A DNA stretch of 64,000 nt from Nitrospinota bacterium (GTDB lineage: Bacteria; Nitrospinota; Nitrospinia; Nitrospinales; VA-1): contig JAYNIA010000005.1 of NCBI GenBank assembly GCA_038108555.1, positions 8,956 to 72,955 on the forward strand, in the 5' to 3' direction. Below, piece by piece: positions 60,106 through 64,000 of this stretch. The position numbers and the translations under genes are program-made. The notes under the pieces were generated by a model that worked only from the letters and a program-made list of their open reading frames with translations, made no database searches and was not told the DNA's origin. Each line of letters opens with the position of its first letter. Positions within the stretch are counted from its first letter, which is position 1.

Positions 60106-60795
60106 TTAATTTGGCGTATACGCCACTCGGACCCCAACCCCCATCGTGGTGGAAACCGATACACCCTTAACATAATGCCCTTTGCTTGAAGCCGGCTTAG
60201 CTTTGATCAAGGCAGACATCAGAGCCTGGAAGTTTTCCTCCAGATCCTCCACTGAAAAACTGGCTTTTCCAAGGGAGGCATGAATAATTCCCGACTTATC
60301 CACGCGGTAATCCACTTTCCCCGCCTGGATCTGCTCGATAGCCTGCTTCACATCAAACGTAACCGTTCCCGTCTTCGGATTTGGCATCAATCCTCTAGGA
60401 CCTAAAACTTTTCCAAGCTTACCCACCTGACCCATCATGTCGGGTGTGGCAACCACACGGTCAAACTCCATCCAACCACCTTGTATTTTCGCCACGAGAT
60501 CATCACCACCAACCTCTTCCGCACCTGCAGCACGTGCCTCTGATTCCTTTTCTCCCTTAGCGAAAACAAGGACACGGAATTTCTTTCCGGTTCCTTTTGG
60601 CAAAACCACACTTCCGCGAATATTCTGGTCTGCTTTTCTGGGATCCAAACTCAACCTAATGGCAACATCCACTGACTCATCAAATTTTTCCGAATTGGAT
60701 TCCTTCGCAAGCCCAATTGCCTCCTTCAATTCATACTTTTTATCTGAATCAATTTTCTCGGCTGCAGCCCTGTATTTCTTTCCGTGTTTCGGCAT
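60106..60795 (-). CDS. rplA: 50S ribosomal protein L1
   Basis: 229 aa, [16 protein letters not shown]..., canonical. Confidence 0.96.
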   Translation of the reverse strand: MPKHGKKYRAAAEKIDSDKKYELKEAIGLAKESNSEKFDESVDVAIRLSLDPRKADQNIRGSVVLPKGTGKKFRVLVFAKGEKESEARAAGAEEVGGDDLVAKIQGGWMEFDRVVATPDMMGQVGKLGKVLGPRGLMPNPKTGTVTFDVKQAIEQIQAGKVDYRVDKSGIIHASLGKASFSVEDLEENFQALMSALIKAKPASSKGHYVKGVSVSTTMGVGVRVAYTPN

Positions 60796-60803
60796 AATCT
60801 CAA

Positions 60804-61232
60804 TTAACCTTCTACTTTTAACCCCATGCTTTTTGCAGATCCTTTAATGATATTTACCGCCATATCCAGATCCTCGGCATTCAGGTCTTCCATTTTAGTT
60901 TTTGCAATTTCCTGAACCTGCTCCAGGGTCACTTTTCCAACAAACTCACGACTGGGATTAGAAGATCCCTTCGCAATTCCCGCTGCCTGCTTCAATAACG
61001 CAGATGCAGGAGGCGACTTGGTAACAAATGAAAAACTTCGGTCTTTGTAGACCTCAATTATTACCGGGATGATGCTTCCTTCCTGCCCCTGGGTTTTTGC
61101 ATTGAACGCCTTACAAAAATCCATTATTGCGACCCCATGCTGTCCGAGCGCAGGCCCGACCGGCGGGGAAGGGGTTGCCTGACCCGCAGGAATTTGAAGC
61201 TTGATTTGACCCATTATTTCTTTGGTAGCCAC
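60804..61232 (-). CDS. rplK: 50S ribosomal protein L11
   Basis: 142 aa, [24 protein letters not shown], canonical. GTG start. Confidence 0.96.
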   Translation of the reverse strand: MATKEIMGQIKLQIPAGQATPSPPVGPALGQHGVAIMDFCKAFNAKTQGQEGSIIPVIIEVYKDRSFSFVTKSPPASALLKQAAGIAKGSSNPSREFVGKVTLEQVQEIAKTKMEDLNAEDLDMAVNIIKGSAKSMGLKVEG

Positions 61233-61273
61233 TCTCTATACCTCTTCAATCACCACTTGATTATTTAACTAAT

Positions 61274-61804
61274 TCACACCCGCTCAATTTGAGGGAACTC
61301 AAGCTCCACCGGAGTGGCACGACCAAAAATGGAAACCATCACCCTGACTTTACCTTTGTCGTGATTCACATCTTCCACGACACCATTAAAGTTAAGGAAA
61401 GGCCCATCGATTACGCGCACACTTTCTCCCTTCTCAAACGAGAACTTCGGCTTCGGCCGGGTCGACTCTCCCTTTATCTGGTCCATGATGGATTTAACCT
61501 CATCCTCTGAAAGAGGGACCGGCTCAGAACTTCCCCCGAGAAAACCCGTTACTTTGGGGGTATTCTTAATCATGTACCAAATATCCTGATTCATATCGAC
61601 GTTGATAAGGATATAACCCGGAAAAAATTTTCGCGAAGAAACTTTTTTCTTTCCCTTTCGAACCTCGACTACTTCCTCAGTGGGTATGACCACTTCACCA
61701 AAACGATCACTAAAATTCGAGTGACCGAATTGCTCCTCTATGCTTAACTTCACCTTCCGCTCGAAACCGGAATAGGTGTGGATAACATACCATTGCTTAG
61801 ACAA
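61274..61804 (-). CDS. nusG: transcription termination/antitermination factor NusG
   Basis: 176 aa, [12 protein letters not shown]-terminal KOW. TTG start. Confidence 0.95.
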   Translation of the reverse strand: MSKQWYVIHTYSGFERKVKLSIEEQFGHSNFSDRFGEVVIPTEEVVEVRKGKKKVSSRKFFPGYILINVDMNQDIWYMIKNTPKVTGFLGGSSEPVPLSEDEVKSIMDQIKGESTRPKPKFSFEKGESVRVIDGPFLNFNGVVEDVNHDKGKVRVMVSIFGRATPVELEFPQIERV

Positions 61805-61815
61805 TATTCACCCGC

Positions 61816-62004
61816 TTAAATATTTATGAGCCCTTGAACGATCTTGGAAAGAACCGCATCAACAATTCCCAAAAACATGGCCATCAGCAAAACCACAAAA
61901 ACCACCACGGCCGTTCCACTCATGGCCTCCCGTCGACTAGGCCACGTTACTTTTTTTACTTCGGCCTTAACCTCAGCCAGAAATTCGACCGCTTTTGCAA
62001 TCAT
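61816..62004 (-). CDS. secE: preprotein translocase subunit SecE
   Basis: 62 aa from ATG 62004: MIAKAVEFLAEVKAEVKKVTWPSRRE plus one TM helix. The ORF-track extension to 62082 runs into tRNA-Trp. Confidence 0.9.
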   Translation of the reverse strand: MIAKAVEFLAEVKAEVKKVTWPSRREAMSGTAVVVFVVLLMAMFLGIVDAVLSKIVQGLINI

Positions 62005-62024
62005 AACCCTCAAAAAATTTAATA

Positions 62025-62098
62025 CAGGCCAGGAGGGATTCGAACCCCCAACCCTCGGATTTGGAATCCGATGCTCTACCAATTAGAGCTACTGGCCT
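62025..62098 (-). tRNA. tRNA-Trp (anticodon CCA)
   Basis: Minus-strand AGGCCAGTAGCTCTAATTGGTAGAGCATCGGATTCCAAATCCGAGGGTTGGGGGTTCGAATCCCTCCTGGCCTG folds as a cloverleaf by eye. Anticodon loop TTCCAAA. 3' CCA not encoded. Confidence 0.93.
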
Positions 62099-62188
62099 AT
62101 CAAACTGAACCTCGCCAGCCCAGGAAGGGGAATAAATATTCTCGCCAGACACCCTTATTAGCATCCCGCACCCTACCGCCTGATTTTT

Positions 62189-62338
62189 TTATTTTGTTTC
62201 TTTATGGGGGGCGTGCTTTCCGCAAAACCTACAATACTTCTTAAACTCCAACCTTTGCGTGGTGGTCTTCTTATTTTTCGTAGTCGAATAATTTTTCCGA
62301 TTACATTCTTCACATGCCAAATGTACTATAACTCTCAT
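62189..62338 (-). CDS. rpmG: 50S ribosomal protein L33 (not in the ORF track; 49 aa)
   Basis: Hand translation: [52 protein letters not shown] stop. Zn-ribbon type. Typical position before tRNA-Trp and secE. Confidence 0.92.
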   Translation of the reverse strand: MRVIVHLACEECNRKNYSTTKNKKTTTQRLEFKKYCRFCGKHAPHKETK

Positions 62339-62437
62339 AATTCCCAACAACCTTTAAATTTAATGCGACCAACCCCCCGGTATTCTCTCGCATTATTTGA
62401 AAATTGACGACCTTTCACCACTACAACCAAAACCCGA

Positions 62438-62509
62438 AGCCCACGATCGGGATTGAACCGATGACCTCTTCCTTACCAAGGAAGTGCTCCACCACTGAGC
62501 TACGTGGGC
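62438..62509 (-). tRNA. tRNA-Thr (anticodon GGU)
   Basis: Minus-strand GCCCACGTAGCTCAGTGGTGGAGCACTTCCTTGGTAAGGAAGAGGTCATCGGTTCAATCCCGATCGTGGGCT. Anticodon loop TTGGTAA. Confidence 0.92.
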
Positions 62510-62541
62510 ACAAAAAAAGCTCATTTACCTTCACCAAAAGG

Positions 62542-62618
62542 TGGAGCGGGAAACGGGACTCGAACCCGCGACCCTCAGCTTGGAAGGCTGACGCTCTAGC
62601 CAACTGAGCTATTCCCGC
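62542..62618 (-). tRNA. tRNA-Gly (anticodon UCC), CCA encoded
   Basis: Minus-strand GCGGGAATAGCTCAGTTGGCTAGAGCGTCAGCCTTCCAAGCTGAGGGTCGCGGGTTCGAGTCCCGTTTCCCGCTCCA. Anticodon loop CTTCCAA. Confidence 0.93.
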
Positions 62619-62645
62619 AAGTTCAACCAACCTTAAAATTCAGGA

Positions 62646-62727
62646 TGGGGAGGGGAGGATTCGAACCTCCGAAGGCTGAGCCGACAGATTTACAGTCTGT
62701 TCCCTTTGGCCACTCGGGAACCTCCCC
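62646..62727 (-). tRNA. tRNA-Tyr (anticodon GUA), long variable arm
   Basis: Minus-strand GGGGAGGTTCCCGAGTGGCCAAAGGGAACAGACTGTAAATCTGTCGGCTCAGCCTTCGGAGGTTCGAATCCTCCCCTCCCCA. Closely parallels E. coli tRNA-Tyr. Confidence 0.93.
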
Positions 62728-62738
62728 GAAATTTTGGG

Positions 62739-62763
62739 AAAAAAACACGACTTTCCAAAGTCG
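62739..62763 (-). terminator. intrinsic-terminator-like hairpin plus U-run between tRNA-Thr(UGU) and tRNA-Tyr
   Basis: Minus strand reads CGACTT-TGGA-AAGTCG (6 bp stem, 4 nt loop), then TG and TTTTTTT. Confidence 0.45.
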
Positions 62764-62828
62764 GTAACACCCAACCCAAACCTCCAACGCAAAGCGCCAG
62801 AATCCTTTTTAAACCAATTAGTTAAAAC

Positions 62829-62904
62829 TGGAGCTGGCAAAGGGACTCGAACCCCCGACCTGCTGATTACAAATCAGCTGCTCTACCAACTGAGCTATGC
62901 CAGC
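62829..62904 (-). tRNA. tRNA-Thr (anticodon UGU), CCA encoded
   Basis: Minus-strand GCTGGCATAGCTCAGTTGGTAGAGCAGCTGATTTGTAATCAGCAGGTCGGGGGTTCGAGTCCCTTTGCCAGCTCCA. Anticodon loop TTTGTAA. Confidence 0.93.
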
Positions 62905-62924
62905 TCAGCAAATAAAAAACCCCC

Positions 62925-62953
62925 ACTTTACACTTTGACTCACAAAGTTGCAA
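62925..62953 (-). promoter_or_regulatory. candidate promoter for the tRNA cluster
   Basis: Minus strand reads TTGCAA (62953-62948), a 17 nt spacer, then TAAAGT (62930-62925). About 20 nt upstream of the tRNA-Thr(UGU) 5' end. Confidence 0.35.
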
Positions 62954-63267
62954 CAAAAATTGGAGGTTTTAGGCTATAAATTTTCGATTTAACAGGATAT
63001 TTTGCTTCGAAAGGGTGATACGGTGGTAACCAAAAAACGACCCACGGTTTCTTTCCCAGAAAAAAAGCCCCTTATATAAAACTATACAAAACTAAGTTGG
63101 GGATTGTAGCATAAAATTTTCAAAAAAAAAATGTTTTTAGCAAATTCTTTTCAACAAAATCTAAATTGATTTTTCTGGGGAATCCAGAGCGGCTGATATT
63201 TCGTTCCGCATTTAAATTGTGAAAATCAAAGGCTTAGCAGGGGATGGGCCAAAACCAGGGCTTTTAA

Positions 63268-63720
63268 CTAACGGCGTCTTTTCTTTTTTCGGTTTCTTTT
63301 TGACATTTTCTTTTTTTTGCCAGACTGCTTTTCCATGGCCTTGGCGAGCTTGAACTTTGTTTTACAAAACTTTGCGGTGTATTTAAAATTGTAATAGTCT
63401 ACCGAATTCTGCGCATCCTGAAATGAAACGATATAAGGGACGATTAAAGGTGAGGATAATAAATAAATCCAAGCCTTATCCTTTTCACCAGTATACCATT
63501 GCCCGCCACCGGGGATCATCGAATAAAGAAACGCAATATCACGGTCAAAGTATTGATATTCCTTGTCGCAACCGGCCTCAATCAGTTGCTCCATTTCCTT
63601 TTCCATTTTCGGTGTGATTCTTTTGAATCCCATAGGCGAACCCCCTCCCCCCTTCAGCCAACAACCTGAAAGAAAAAAGAGAATGCCCACGATTCCTATG
63701 AACCTGAATAACCCTGGCAT
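63268..63720 (-). CDS. hypothetical lipoprotein with polybasic C-terminus
   Basis: 150 aa. The signal peptide ends in the lipobox FLSGC. C-terminus is KKKKMSKRNRKKKRRR. No family recognised. Confidence 0.5.
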   Translation of the reverse strand: MPGLFRFIGIVGILFFLSGCWLKGGGGSPMGFKRITPKMEKEMEQLIEAGCDKEYQYFDRDIAFLYSMIPGGGQWYTGEKDKAWIYLLSSPLIVPYIVSFQDAQNSVDYYNFKYTAKFCKTKFKLAKAMEKQSGKKKKMSKRNRKKKRRR

Positions 63721-63854
63721 AAGACTCCCAACAATATAAGGCTTTTTATTTCAATAAATTATAAGGAATTCGAACGGAAACGTCAATGCCCCTGTTTTGA
63801 TTCAGGGTTATCGGAAATCAGGGATAAATCCGGAAAACATCAACTGGAGGAGTT

Positions 63855-64000
63855 TTAATATTTTCCGCCGACCATATAAAAATCCACACCCTTTCTTAGA
63901 GGCTCGAAGGGAATATCCTGCCAGTCCCCTCTGAAATCGGGTGAAATTTTAAATCCGATAAGGTCGGCTTTTTGCCCGGGTTCAATTTTCCCACAGGGAA
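63855..64000 (-). CDS. 3' end of a gene running off the window, amidohydrolase-family-like C-terminus
   Basis: Hand translation of the minus strand: ...PCGKIEPGQKADLIGFKISPDFRGDWQDIPFEPLRKGVDFYMVGGKY, TAA at 63855-63857. G-x-I-x-x-G-x-x-ADL is typical of amidohydrolase C-termini. Partial. Confidence 0.4.
   Translation of the reverse strand, partial: PCGKIEPGQKADLIGFKISPDFRGDWQDIPFEPLRKGVDFYMVGGKY

Noticed and set aside
61816-62082. 88 aa version of the secE ORF with the N-terminal extension MVEHRIPNPRVGGSNPSWP...
   Set aside because: The extension is the reverse-strand reading of tRNA-Trp (62025-62098). The true SecE starts at ATG 62004.
62204-62979. Five 60-81 aa ORFs across the tRNA/rpmG region (62204-62407, 62404-62607, 62421-62630, 62640-62840, 62734-62979)
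   Set aside because: Each overlaps a tRNA gene or rpmG. Their sequences, such as GFEPPTLGFG and GIEPMTSSLPRKCSTTELRG, are typical translations of tRNA genes.
1-64000. Search for CRISPR arrays, long direct or inverted repeats, IS elements, integrases, phage genes, toxin-antitoxin pairs or known defence genes
   Set aside because: I found none by eye. The only periodic DNA is coding: the pentapeptide 15-nt periodicity, the Lys-rich tails and the coiled-coil heptads. A computational repeat search could still find short repeats I missed.

Overview
This 64 kb window comes from a moderately AT-rich bacterium. A GT9 heptosyltransferase and MurA suggest it is Gram-negative, but I cannot place the lineage without a database search.

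About 26-63 kb is conserved housekeeping sequence, almost entirely on the minus strand. Read in the direction of transcription (high to low coordinates):
- tRNA-Thr(UGU), tRNA-Tyr, tRNA-Gly and tRNA-Thr(GGU), then rpmG, tRNA-Trp, secE-nusG and rplKAJL-rpoBC.
- rpsL-rpsG-fusA-tuf runs directly into the S10, spc and alpha ribosomal operons, ending at rplQ.
- rho-rpmE-prfA-prmC-murA and a GT9 glycosyltransferase follow.

About 0-26 kb is the variable part:
- a RiPP-type B12/radical-SAM enzyme packed against a PNPOx-like flavoprotein
- a Rieske-glutamate-synthase-like fusion
- a six-gene, largely secreted cluster: TPR protein, lipoprotein, FGE/PvdO-like protein, cupredoxin, HDOD protein, pentapeptide protein
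- a divergent COG0523 metallochaperone operon carrying a second, paralogous pentapeptide protein
- a STAS-like/TPR pair
- two consecutive genes that each appear interrupted by an in-frame TAA
- hflX, pcrA, hemH-hemE, queG, an HDAC-family gene and envelope glycosyltransferases

Four genes below the ORF-track size cutoff were found by hand: rpmJ, rpmG, a DUF5989-like small membrane protein and a partial amidohydrolase-like gene end. I saw no rRNA, CRISPR array, transposase, integrase or phage genes.

The most interesting items are the pentapeptide-bracketed periplasmic/metal cluster (5.7-11 kb), the orphan radical-SAM/flavoprotein pair (1.5-4 kb), the two in-frame TAA interruptions (13015 and 14812), and a Cys4 insertion in RpoB. 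All family assignments rest on motifs recognised by eye. No database or folding computation was run.
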